Assembly: GCF_964204645.1 (NCBI RefSeq)
Contig: NC_134027.1
Location: 434,001 to 498,000, forward strand
From: Tubulanus polymorphus
Lineage: Eukaryota; Animalia; Nemertea
DNA length: 64,000 bases
Direction of reading: 5' to 3'
A program made the position numbers and the translations under genes. The notes beneath the pieces were generated by a model, which was not told the DNA's origin, searched no databases, and saw only the letters and a program-made list of their open reading frames with translations. Within the stretch, counting starts at the first letter, position 1. The number at the start of each line of letters is the position of its first letter. Below are positions 35,601 to 48,500 of this stretch, piece after piece.

Positions 35601-36740
35601 TAAGTATTGAGAACCGCAACTTAACAATAAACCGGATCAACTTAATATAGTGCTGAGGACCAAAAATAAACAATAAACCCGACCAGTGTAATTCAGTGTC
35701 GAGAACCGCAGTTAAATGATGAACCCGACCAGTGTAATTCAGTGTTGAGAACCACAATTAAACGATGAACCGGACCAGTGTAATTCAGTGTCGAGAACCA
35801 CAATTAAACGATGAACCTGACCAGTGTAATTCAGTGTCGAGAACTGCAATTAAATGATGAACCGGACCAGTATAATTCAGTGTCGAGAACCACAATTAAA
35901 CGATGAACCTGACCAGTGTAATTCAGTGTCGAGAACCACAATTAAACGATAAACCCGACCAGTGTAATTCAGTGTCGAGAACCACAATTAAACGATAAAC
36001 CCGACCAGTATAATTCAGTGTCGAGAACCGCAATTAAACAATGAACCCGACCAGTGTAATTCAGTGTCGAGGACCGCAATTAAACGATGAACCCGACCAG
36101 TGTAATTCAGTGTCGAGAACCGCAATTAAACAATGAACCCGACCAGTGTAATTCAGTGTCGAGAACCGCAATTAAAGGATGAACCGGACCAGTGTAATTC
36201 AGTGTCGAGACCAACAATTAAACGATAAACCCGACCAGTGTAATTCAGTGTCGAGGACCACAATTAAACGATGAACCGGACCAGTGTAATTCAGTGCTGA
36301 GAACCACAATTAAACGATGAACCCGACCAGTGTAATTCAGTGTCGAGGACCACAATTAAACGATGAACCGGACCAGTGTAATTCAGTGCTGAGAACCACA
36401 ATTAAACGATGAACCCGACCAGTGTAATTCAGTGTCCAGAGCCGCAGTTAAACAATGAACCGGACCAGTGTAATTCAGTGTCGAGAACCGCAATTAAACG
36501 ATGAACCGGACCAGTGTAATTCAGTGTCGAGAACCGCGATTAAACGATGAACCGGACCAGTGTAATTCAGTGTCCAGAGCCGCAGTTAAACAATGAACCA
36601 GACCAGTGTAATTCAGTGTCGAGAACCGCGATTAAACGATGAACCCGACCAGTGTAATTCAGTGTTGAGAACCGCGATTAAACGATGAACCGGACCAGTG
36701 TAATTCAGTTTCGTAATAACCGCAATTAAACGATTATCTG
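35590..36740 (+). repeat. 46-bp minisatellite, ~24 copies
   Basis: Unit ccagtgtaattcagtgtcgagaaccRcaattaaacgatgaaccSga. Confidence 0.97.
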
Positions 36741-36899
36741 GAGTTGTAATAGTGTTGTGTATTTGCGTAGTGGATCAAGTGGAAGGATTTTAAGTGTATT
36801 TGGTGACTTTAATTCGTTCGCATCCAACAGAATCAACAAAGACATTACAAAAAACGACAAAAAATGATTGAATGTAAATGCATTGAATTTAGGTTTGTT

Positions 36900-37875
36900 G
36901 ATCAAGATAATCACTGATCAAGATTGACAGTTATAATCCATAATTGTTGAACTTGATCAGAGATTTTCAAGATCGATTTTAAGGTGATTCAGAAGTTTAA
37001 ATCTGATGTTTTAATCTCTGGGACTCAGATATTAAATCAATAGATTTTTACTGCTGAATGATCTTCATGTACAGATGAGCTACAATTGTGTGTTCTGTTA
37101 AGACTGATTAAAGGGTGGAAAAACTTGACTCAAATTCAAATTGAGTCGAGTTTTTCTAAGATAATCTCTGATCAAGATCGGCAGTTACCGGTATAATCCA
37201 TAATTGTTGAACTTGATTGGTGATATTCAAGATCTGTTTTAAGGTGATTCACAAGTTTAAATCTAATGTTTTAATCTCTGGGTTCCAGATATTAAATCAA
37301 TAGATTTTTACTGCTGAATGACCTTCGTGTTCAGATAAGCTACAATTGTTCCTAGTGTGTTCTGTTAAGAAAGGGTGGAAAAACTTGACCCAAATTCAAA
37401 TTGAGTCGAGTTTTTCCAAGATAATCTCTGATCAAGATCGGCAGTTATAATCTATAATTGTTGAACTTGATTGGAGATTTTCGAGAACTGTTTTTAAGGT
37501 GATTCAGAAGTGTGAATCTGATGTTTTAATCTCTGGGTTTCAGAGATTAAATAAATAGGTTTTTACTTCTGAATCACTTCGGGTTTAGGTAAGTTAAAGT
37601 GGTTCCTATTGTAATCTGTTAAACTGATTAAAGGGTGGAAAAACTTGATTCAAATTAATAATCTGAATCAAGTTTTCCAATGATAATCCGCGATCAAGTT
37701 CGGCAGTTATAATTCATAACTGTTGAACTCAATTCACAATTAAATGAACTGTTTTAAGGTGATTCAGAAGTATAAATCTGATGTTCTAATCTCTGGGTTT
37801 CAGAGATTAAATCAATAGGCTTTACTTCTGGATCACTGTTGGGTTTTGATAAGTTGTAAGTTGTTCCTATTGTTT
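36900..37875 (+). repeat. ~260-bp diverged tandem repeat, ~3.8 copies
   Basis: gataatc..gatcaag at 36906, 37160, 37420 and 37682. Confidence 0.9.
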
Positions 37876-39859
37876 AATGAATTGGTAGAAATTCTATTTT
37901 TAGGTGACAGGTCAAATAGATTAGAGCAATAATTTATGCAGAGGTTGAATTAATTTAATGTTTAATATACCAAAGAATGGTTTATTGTGAAGATTTAATT
38001 AAAATCTTAAATAAACAGTTGTTCAATTTCATAAATGTTTTGTTTTCGATGAAGTTTTTTCATTTTCTGGATTTGAGGAATTGGACTTTAAACACGTCAG
38101 TGGATTCAGCACAGTTCTGTGGACACAGTTTTGGGACCGAGACCTGGAGACACAGCTCAAGACCCAGTTACAAGTTCAACTGGACTCCATCCCTAAAAAC
38201 CCTGGGCCCTTCAAACCTTTAAGTAAGATGCTCACTTATAGATTCATAAAATTGACCCTTATTATCATGTCATCTGCAGCACCATCTCAGAGGCTTAAAC
38301 CAAGAATTTCTTGTAATGTTCAACAAATGTGAATTACATTAAGTAATTTTTGAGATCGACTTACACCTGAGTTTTTTCTAAATCACAGTCTACTTATTTC
38401 ATAGTCATCCACGATTTCATAGCTCTCTAACTATTCAACCCTTTCCCTGATGGGCCCTGGCCCCAATTGCTGAACCCAGTTCTCCAAGTCTAATTTCTGG
38501 GTTTAGTGGTTTATCAGGAAATTATTGGATTAATTGGAAATATATCTAACAGTCATAATAAAGTTTAAAATTAATCATTTGACATATCGTAATTGATTTT
38601 GTTCGCCACAACGCCTTTCTCAGCAGGATTATAGCATTTTACTTTCTATGGGTTTTTTAAAGGTAAGTTTTCAAAGGAAAGAATGTCCGAATATACGTCC
38701 GGATCCGCCTTTATATGCCTCATTCCGATTCTGCTCATTTGCATATATTTTCAGCAAGTGGAAATCCCCGAATTCCAAGATGGCGGCGACCATGATATAT
38801 CAAATAACAACTATTTTGGGCCAAATCAACGCTTTCTCAAGCTCAATATGAGTTTTCCCGAGTGCAAATGTAACTTAAAGAGAAAATAATCCTGTTGGTT
38901 AGTTATATTTTTGATAATTGAATTTATTTGCAAAGTTAAAGTGAAGTTCCAATGACAGATAGAAACGTTGAAAGACTGGGGTAGATTGAAACATGCCCTA
39001 GCCACTGGCCACTATCATATGAACAGTCCTAAACGTTTTGATCCAACTGCACCAGTTGAGGTCACCGACTGTGTGGCCCTTATTTAACAATAATGTGTAC
39101 ATATAAGCACAACGGCCCCCAAACTGCAGTTGCTCTGTTGGTTTTAAATCTGTATATAGTCTTAGTCATTTTTGATCTTATCATCTGGTCTCCACCTTTT
39201 TGAGTGTGAGAGTTTTATAAACTGTTGTGAAGATTGAGGAAGTCGATAGAAAGAGATGAAAATTGTCAAAGTTGTTATCATGAAAATGACTGAGCTTACT
39301 ATGTACAGTATATACGACCCAGAGGGACATGGCTTATTATGAGAAACATTGAGGTTTTCATGAAAGTTCATGAATTTTGCATGAAAGTACAATGTTGGAA
39401 AATATATCCCCTATGTCACACTCCCTGATTCTTTTTCATTGCCCTCATTTCTCTGAAAGGCCCTTCAACTGAATCAGTCTCCAGTCGAAAAGGTTCCGCT
39501 TATAAGTTCAATTGTCTATAACTGATGATGTGATGTGAAGAGTCTACAATTGAACAAATACCGCATTGAAATCAAATCTTCTCTATTTCAGGCATTACTT
39601 CTGGCATAAAACACTATTCAAGCAATGTAGGAGCATTTATAGGCGCAGCAGGAAGGAGGAGTTCAGGAGCAGCATCATATAGGAGTTGCACAGGAGCAGC
39701 ATCATAGGAGTAGTGCAGGAGCAGTGAGAGCTTCATAGGAGCAGCAAGACCAGCATCATAGATAGGAACAGTAGCTGAAGGAATGAAACAAGATAAGTAG
39801 CATTTGAAATATAGAAAATAGAAAAGCTGTAGAATGTTTTCTATTGTAAAAATATTTTC

Positions 39860-40435
39860 AAATTCAGTCTGATTTGTGCCAGATTGTAACTGTAGAAGTT
39901 TCACTCATTGTTTCAGTCTAATTGAGATGTGGCTGGTGTACATGTATCACTGACTGTGTAACACTGCAGTCATTTCTTCAATTATTCCTCCTCAGTTGGA
40001 AGAATGTTTGTTCTCTTATCTTCATTAGCGATAAGAATCAATCCCATCCGTCTAACAACAGCATCGTAACATTTCCACTTATCTAATCCTAGAGGGAATG
40101 AGTAGTATGAGGTTTGGGTATGGAGTGGGGCAGGGTAAGGTGTAGTTGACAGGGTAGGATAGGGTAATGTGATGAGGTAAGGTCGGTTTGATGATGCAGG
40201 GTTATTTGATGTGGTTGGATTCGATGATGAGTTTGATATGGAACTGGTCGAGGTGGGTGTTTGTGGTAGTGTACGGTGTGTATGTTCGGAGGGTGTATGA
40301 TAACTGATTGAAAGGTTGCTGTTAGAGGTCAGTGCAGTAGTGATGCTGGTATAGTTTGTGTAAGGTAGGCGTCGGTGTACCGGCTTAAGTATAGGGTAAG
40401 GCATGGTCAGAGTAATGTTACCGTAGAGGAAAAGT
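39860..40435 (-). mobile_element. Penelope-like 3' fragment, inverted partner of 42340-42960
   Basis: Diverged reverse-complement match to 42340-42960. A decayed frame reads ..HLDQFHIKLIIESNHIK.., resembling a GIY-YIG C-terminus. Confidence 0.45.
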
Positions 40436-42339
40436 TATGTGGGGAAGGGTGTTTTTGTTTTCAGCCCACTTGAGACTTAAGTCTCAGCGGGCCGTTGCAT
40501 TTTCTTTTCATCCGTTGTCCGTTTGTGCATCCGCAGACGGAATACAGTTATTTTTGGAGGTTTTTAAGTTTTCCAACGCCACTGCACATGTTCTCCAGGG
40601 GGTGTTGAGTATAGAATTTTCAGATTGTCAGGAATTTCACCAAGTGTGCATGGTGTCCCTGGACTCCCCAATTTTGAAATTAGGGTGAATTCTGTAGAAT
40701 TCTAATGATTGGTTAAATGGGCATCACTCTTTATTGGAATTCTGTGCTTAAAATATTGAATATGAAAGTAAGAACAGACGTCGTAGCTGTCACTGTGGAC
40801 AGTGAATCTATTTCTGATTTGTGTGGATGTGATGGCGCAGGTGGTGGCCATAACTTCGAGGTCACCTCTTAATCATTACATGTCCTTAGATGGATAGGAC
40901 ACAAGGGTAAATGAAAACATTCTTTAGGTTACTGCCAGGTTTTAGGGTATCGTACCAAGCCTTACCTTCCCGACCTCCTTCCCGCGCTAGCTATTCCAAA
41001 ATCTCTATATGAGATACATCGAGAACGATGCTATTGAAGATTGAATTCATCGATTCATTTTGGAATTGAAACTTGTTTCATGGAACAAATGGTGCTGCAA
41101 ATAAACAATATCATCAAACAATGATTCTGATTGACTATAGTGAACTGCTGCCCTACTACTAGTTTTAAAAGCACTGATTGAGATAGATTCAAACCCAGTT
41201 CAATTACTTATTTCCGAACACTTACTGCCGGTTGGTATTGGTACATAGCCAGGAGAGACAGCCATAAGAAAAAGAAAGAAAATGAAGAACATGAAGAGTG
41301 GGGGGTTTAGTCCACTGTCTGCCTAGCGGGTAGGCAGTGGTCTATTACTACCTCGACTCAAAAAAAGGTGAGCTTAAAGCCACCAAGTACAAAAGTGGGG
41401 TCCGAAGAGTAGTCCTCTGCTGGCTTAGAGGGCAGGCATTGGTCTATTCTTACCTCACGTGCTTAAAAATGTTCACAAAAATGGCTATTAAGAGAGAGAG
41501 AGTGAGAGAGAGGAGGTGCTAAGTTTCCTGTACTTGACTGGGTGTAAACTGATCAATAATGGAAATCATTTACGGTAAACCTTGAGTTTACTAACAATGT
41601 ATTTTGGGTTCAGAGTCTATTTCCCAACAGTTTGCTGTTCACAAGCTGGTAGTAGGGTAAAAACTACCGGTATTCAGAGATTTGTGAATCAGAAGTTTTG
41701 CCATCATTTGCTTCATGAATCATTCACTTGTTAAAATGAATGATGTGACACACATGTAAAATACTGTTACTGATTTATCATTTTTGATGGTGTCTTGATA
41801 TTCGACATCTTGCAGGTATCGTCTCCTAGTATTTCACATAGAATTGAGGAGTAGTTTGAGTGAATGGGAGGCATGGAGAGATTGGGCTCAAGATATCTCA
41901 CTCGTTTGTTTAGGTTTAGTTTGGGATCATCTTATTCAGCTTCAGTGTATATAATACATCCTCGACTACTTTTCAACTAGTAGTTCATCGTAGGTTTTTG
42001 ACATCACATCCATAGCTCCTTCCACTACTCGTGAATTTACAATTCATTCCTATCCGATGATGCTATTTATGATGGAATGTGTTAAAGTAGATGTCTATGT
42101 GTTTTCATCTTTTGGTAAATCGTGAAAAATTCTGGCTAATTTGAATCGAAAGCCATTGATTATTATCTTGCGCGGTAATGATGGAAAAATTCAAAATGCG
42201 AATAGCTGTGTGGAATAAGAGAATGTCTTGAAAGGATTTGAGACACTGAGATGTGTAAAGAGAGACTGATTACACCTGTACTGTCCTAGCCCCTCCCCAG
42301 GCAGTCACCACCTCGCCCCAACCAATTTTACCAAATCAC

Positions 42340-42960
42340 CCTCACCTCAACAACATCAAAATCCCTTTCACTTTTCCTCTACCATTATTTTTACCATGCC
42401 GGCTACCTTATCCCTAACCCTGCAAACCACACTCTACTCTACACAAACCATACCAACATCACAACTGTACCGTCCTCCAGCACCAACCTTTCTTCATTGT
42501 CAGACACCTCTCTAACTATACATCGTACACTACCACGTACACCCACCTCGACCGGTTCTATAACAAGCTGATCATCTAATCCAGCCATATCAAACAACCC
42601 TGCATCATCCAACCTGACCTTACCTTACCACAATACCCTATCCTCCCCTATCATGTCAATCACACCATTCCCTTTTCCATTCCATTCCCAAGCGCCATAC
42701 TACTCATTCCCTCTATGATTGAATAAGATAGAAATGTTACAATGTTGTAGTTAGACGGATGGGATTGATTTTCTTTGCTAATGAAGATGAGAGATCAAAC
42801 ATTCTTCTAACTGAGGAGGAATAAGTGAACAAACTACAGCGGTGTTACACACTCAATGTTACATGTACATCAGTTATATCTCAATTAGACTGAAACAATG
42901 AGTGAAACTTCTACAGTTACAATCTGACACAAATCAGACTGTGTCAGAAAACATTTTCAC
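42340..42960 (+). mobile_element. Penelope-like 3' fragment
   Basis: Frame LHKPYQHH..IVRHL..RFYNKLII*SSHIKQP and a hammerhead-like remnant agactgaa..atgagtgaaact. Confidence 0.45.
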
Positions 42961-43069
42961 ATTAGCCCCACGTGCTGGGTGGATGATAGACATCATGAGA
43001 CTCATCAAATTTTGAGAAATTAGTTTAATTGAAAAATTAATCTAAGCAATGTCTGTTTTTGCATTTCAG

Positions 43070-46000
43070 AGGTTGATATTACCTGAACATGCAGTTCTGA
43101 GCTGACTCCAGATCAGGTGAGCATGTATGCAGTGAAATTGGATAAAATCATGAGATTTTCCAAGAGCTCTTATTAGTGGAATTTTGTCTCTAATAGCCCT
43201 TGATCCAAGTGCTGCCCAGTGAGACACTGTCTGGTGAACTCAACATCCAAGTGCTGCAGAATCTACCCCCAGTGAGACACTGTCTGGTGAACTCAACATC
43301 CAAGTGCTGCAGAATCTACCCCCAGTGAGACACTGTCTGGTGAACTCAACATCCAAGTGCTGCAGAATCTAGGTTTGAATTCTCTTAGATTTTTTAAACC
43401 TAAAATTCTAAGATATTCTGTAAAGACAACAATTTGACCAGTTGTCCTTTTGACTGCATGTTTTGAGTGATTTCCAATTAGCTACATGATTCAATGGTGG
43501 TTGTCAAATGGCTCAATATTTCCCAAACCATTTTCTAATTTATAACTGTCAAAATTCATTTGTTCAATCATGAGGTCTAGAATTGGTTTTCATTGAATAC
43601 ATGAAATCCAGATATTTTATTTGTTGATTTCAAAATTATTTATTTCGCCGATTCATTTCTAATCTCACTTTGGCAACTCATTCTGAATCAGCGACGGAAG
43701 GTGACAAACTGGTCACATCGAAATACGCTGTGCTCGGTGCCTCGGGATCCGAACCCAAACCTGACCACACGTATAAATCCAATTGAATCCATTCGGGTTC
43801 TTCCTTTTCTTAGTTAAACTCGTTTCTGTGGTTGCGAGACGGCGGGAAGAAAAATAGCGGTGGCGGTAAGGGGGGTGGTAGCCCTTTAAGTGAATATGCT
43901 CGGTGACAGGGATGGCGAAAGGCCACCCGGGGAGGACGATAGCATGAGGGCATCGGACGCTCCTTTACTGAACCGCGGACTCTGGGGCCCGAGAGTATCG
44001 TGTGTATGATCACTTACTCGATAGGGTAGTCATGTGCGTCAAGAGATACGGGCATTTCTATCCTAGCCTCCAGTTGTCTGCGGGGACGCACCTTAAAACA
44101 GTTTGAAAAAATCACCTCGAACATGTTTAAGCATAATTCACGGGCGCAAAAAAGAATAAACAGAAAGAAAGAAAGAGGTGTCGGTCGTTTTTATAAACCA
44201 CTAGGGGCGAGTTAAGCTTAGACGAGGAATTTGGCATCTTAGAAATATATTCGAAATTCCTAGGTTTTAATAGAGAATTCAGCAGGGAAAATATTTGAGT
44301 ATTTTATGTGATTCAATTCTAAATTGTAACCTCATCGTGCAATGTATTTTATTGGAATGAACTTAAACATGCAGGCTGGACATCACGTGATGTTTTGAAA
44401 TATAGATTCAGGAACATTGACAATTCCTGATTTGAAGCACATGTTTTTACCACAAAGCAGTTAAACTTTACTCTATCTACTGTATGATTACATTCTAACA
44501 TGTATTTCTTTCCATTATTTTTCTATCATTCACGCCGAGATCATCTACTCCCAGTGAGAACTGTCTGGTGAACTCAACATCCAAGTGCTGCAGAATCTAC
44601 CCCCAGTGAGACACTGTCTGGTGAACTCGACATCAAAGTGCTGCAGAATCTACCTCCAGTGAGACACTGTCTGGTGAACTCAACATCCAAGTGCTGCAGA
44701 ATCTACCCCCAGTGAGACACTGTCTGGTGAACTCAACATCCAAGGAGATGATCTGTTAATTACACTCATGGTTGTGCTGGCTACTGATATGGGAGGTATG
44801 TATCCTATCTGGAGCCAATTTCACTTTGATTCCAACAACTAATTTCTTATGATACTCCATTTCATTTTCCATTAGAAGGAACTGTGTTATTATGATTTGT
44901 CTGAGTGTCCGTTAATGTTAGTTGAACTGTAACTCAGAGAAGTGAACCGTGGATGTTATAACTCCACAGATGTCATGTATGTATCAGGACAACTTTCATT
45001 ATCAATGAATATATGTTTTATTTTTTCATAATCTATGAAATAGATGTCATTGAATCTGTTATTTTCATTTCAGTGTCCTAAGTTTAACTGTAAAGGATAG
45101 AACCGATAGCTGAATTGAATTCAACTCCTCCGGCAATGTTTGAGTCAGCTTCAGATATGAGTGGTATGTGTGTATGGAGACGAATTCAATTTGTGAGAAT
45201 CTGTGAGATATAAATGTTACAATGTAGAATTTGTTATTCTCATTTCAGTGTCCATCAATATTAAGCTGAACTGATGCAGAATGAACTTATAGATAATGAA
45301 CTGAATTGCTGGAGTCAGCTACTACTGGTGTGTGGTATGTGTTTGGAGCCAGAAATTTAACAATGACTGTAATATAATCTCAGAGCTGCCAACTGTTACT
45401 GATTTTCAGTATTTGTAACGATTTTGTTACGAGAAATACTGATTTAGTTAATTCACATTTTGATGAAATGTTACTGAAAAAAGCTCAATTTGTTGGTTAT
45501 AACACTTTTCAGGGGTTGGCAGCCCTGTAATCTGATAAATAGATGTAATAAACAGATTGTTCTCATTTCAGTGTCCGATCAATGTTAGTTACACTATAAG
45601 GAATAGACCCAGTAGCTGAATTGAACTGAACTGATCCACAGTGAATATTTGAGTCACCTTCAGATATTAGTGGTATGTCTGTATGCAGACAAAATTCTAT
45701 TTTAACAACTGAGTTTGTGTTTTAAATCTTTGAAATAAGTAGGCCTATAATATCATTGAATCTGTTATTTTCATTTCAGTGTTTGTCATTATAAGCTGAA
45801 CTGGTAAATAATTAACGTACAAACTCCACTGGTTGAGTCACCTACAGACACATGGTATGTGTATAGAGATTAATTCAATGAATCTGAAATACTTTGTTTC
45901 TTAGTTATAAATGATTTTCCATTTTGTTTTAATCTGTTAGGAGATGAACTGAACAAATCAACAGTTCGAATTCTGTATCAATAAGTGGTATGTATGAAAA

Positions 46001-48500
46001 CAGAATTTCAACAACTTATTTCATAATTTCCTGCAATAGAATCTGATAAATAATTGCCATTGAATCCGTTGTTTTCATTTCAGTGTCAATCATTGTTCGT
46101 TGAACTGTAAAGAATGAATGAACCAACATCTTATTTGAACTGAACTCTACGGTCCATGGTTGAATCTATAGCTATAGACATACAGTACGTGGTGTGTGTG
46201 TATGGAGGCAATTTCAATTTAATTGAAACACTTGTTTCATTATAATTATTAATGATTATTATGATTATCCATTTTGTTTTAATCTGTTTAGGAGAAACCT
46301 GAACCAAGGATGTTATATTGCCACAGATATCATGTATGTATCAACGTCTTTCTGTTTTATTCCGTTTCTGTTCTGCAGAAGAATCTGAGATGAATATAAT
46401 GTTATGGACTGAATGTGTTTTCCATTTTAGTTTCCATCAATGTTAGTTGAACTGTAACTGATAGAAGAGAACCATGGACGTTATAACTCCCCACAGATGT
46501 CATGTATGTATCTGTAGAGGAATCTTTGAGAGATAGATTTTATAGAATCTGTTATTTTCAGTGTTGATCAATGTTAGTTGAACTGTAATGAGTAAAACCA
46601 GTAGTTACTTCACAGTCAATGGTTTAGTCAGTAACAATGTATGTGATGTGGTTTGTGTGTATGGAGACAATTTCATTATTTTCATTAATTATTTGTTAGG
46701 CAATGACCAATTGTCCATGGGATGACCGATTACTAGTAGATGACCAGGGTTGACCAATTGCCAGATGACCAATTGCCAGAAATGATCAGGGAACAGTCAA
46801 CATGTATGTATCGAGACAATTTTCAGTTGTTTTGAGGAATCTCATAGAATCTGTTATTTTTATTTCAGTGTCCGTCATCATGAGTTGAAACGAATATCTG
46901 ATTTGAAGTGAACTCTGCAGTCATTCAACAGTTGAGGAGCCCTTACACATATATAAGTTACGTATTAGTGATATTTACCACTGACAGACAATTAAAACAA
47001 CTTGTATTATAATGATTTGCTGTTTGTGAATGAACTTGAGAACAGTCGCTACTCCTTAATGCTATCAGTTACAGCCACCTTTTGATAGAATCTCTGTCTA
47101 AACCTCTTGCATGATCATCTCTATCTCAATTATAATATAATAAATACTAATCCTTCATTTTAACTCTCTTCTATTCTAATACATTGTATGAGTCAAAAGA
47201 TGGTTGTCACTGATAGAATTAGGGACGCTATACAGCTGGCTAATTGTCATAATCTAAACCCTTTTTGTGTTCACTGCATACTCTGTGACCCTCCACTTCA
47301 ATGCATTTTAATTGATTCAATTGCACCAACTTTTTATTTTTTTTTTCATGTCAGCGTCAATCGTTTTTACCTGCTGCAGGTAGAAATGAATCCACTGCTT
47401 GAGTGGCTATAAAAGTCGGTGGTGAAGACAAGTACACTCAATTGGAGACAATAATTTCTTTGAGATCTGACAGTGGTAGGAATTGTAACATTTTAATAAA
47501 TAAGGGGTACATCTAGAAAATTGGAAGACACGTTTTAATTGATATCTGTTATTTTACGTGTTTCAGCTTCAAGTTTATCTGAGTTCTACCAAATGAGATT
47601 ATTCACCCATGAAGACTCGACTGATTCATACCCACATAAGGTAGTTGTACTTTCATTTTTATTAAACATTTCAATAATTAAAATTGGCGCTATTAAGAAG
47701 AAAAAAGAAATTCATAAATTGCATTATTTAAAGTACTTTGATTTAAAACCTATTCATAAATAACAATGCGGTACCGCTGCATAACAGATGGCACCACTAT
47801 ACGGTCGTTGGTACTACTAGACTGGTTACCTGTATAATAAGTACAATACAATGAATTTTATTCGCACGGTGACGGATGTATTGGCATTGAAGCGCTCACT
47901 TATAATTCTATTGTATTGAATGTAGACCCAGAAAACCACGAAGGCTGCATTACGATTGCACCTTACACACAGGGCCACCTTCGGTTATCGGAGTCAGTCG
48001 ACTTATAGTAGTCCCGGAACTCGGGTGCCGAGTAACTCATGTCAAATGTCGGAACTATATTCCGGAAATAGTTCGAAAATCAAGCGCATTCGGTTATTAG
48101 TTCCAACCACTAGTCGACTAGCTACCGATTACCGAATTTGGCCCAGCCTGTCTAACTCTGGATTCGCAACTGGCAACCGAGTTAAGTGCTTCTCGCTAGC
48201 CAGGTTGCCGCTAAGCGGCCACCAGTCTATAATATTAACCCAATCACACGTTGTTTGTCACTCGCTGATTCGCTACGCATCTGATTGGCTAGATATATAG
48301 ACTGGTGGCCGCTTGACCATTGAGGCAAGCGAGGATGGTTGCGTGACTTATCGAAATGTTCGCTTGCCACAGCAGGAATACCGTCCAATGTAATAAGTGT
48401 TAATGTATTAATTGTAGGAATGCCTGGTGATGTAGATCAAGTTCACAGAAACTGAAAACAGAAAGAAACCTGGCGGAATCTATTGTGTATAAATAAATAT
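43070..48500 (+). ncRNA. Second copy of the duplicated-exon lncRNA, with upstream exons ~43070-43116 and ~43197-43372
   Basis: tttcag|..cag|gtgagc and taatag|..tag|gtttga, followed by the same exon array as 154-4115. Confidence 0.55.

Noticed and set aside
13454-36740. CRISPR-like appearance of the 35-, 40-, 46- and 47-bp arrays
   Set aside because: Units are head-to-tail without unique spacers, there are no cas genes, and the context is eukaryotic.
39614-39904. Cuticle-protein-like YDAAP repeats
   Set aside because: Short degenerate ggagcagcatcata repeat with no signal peptide or gene structure.
39982-40404. 140-aa Ser/Thr/Pro-rich ORF
   Set aside because: The inverted paralog has stops and frameshifts in this frame. 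Better explained as an off-frame read of a TE relic.
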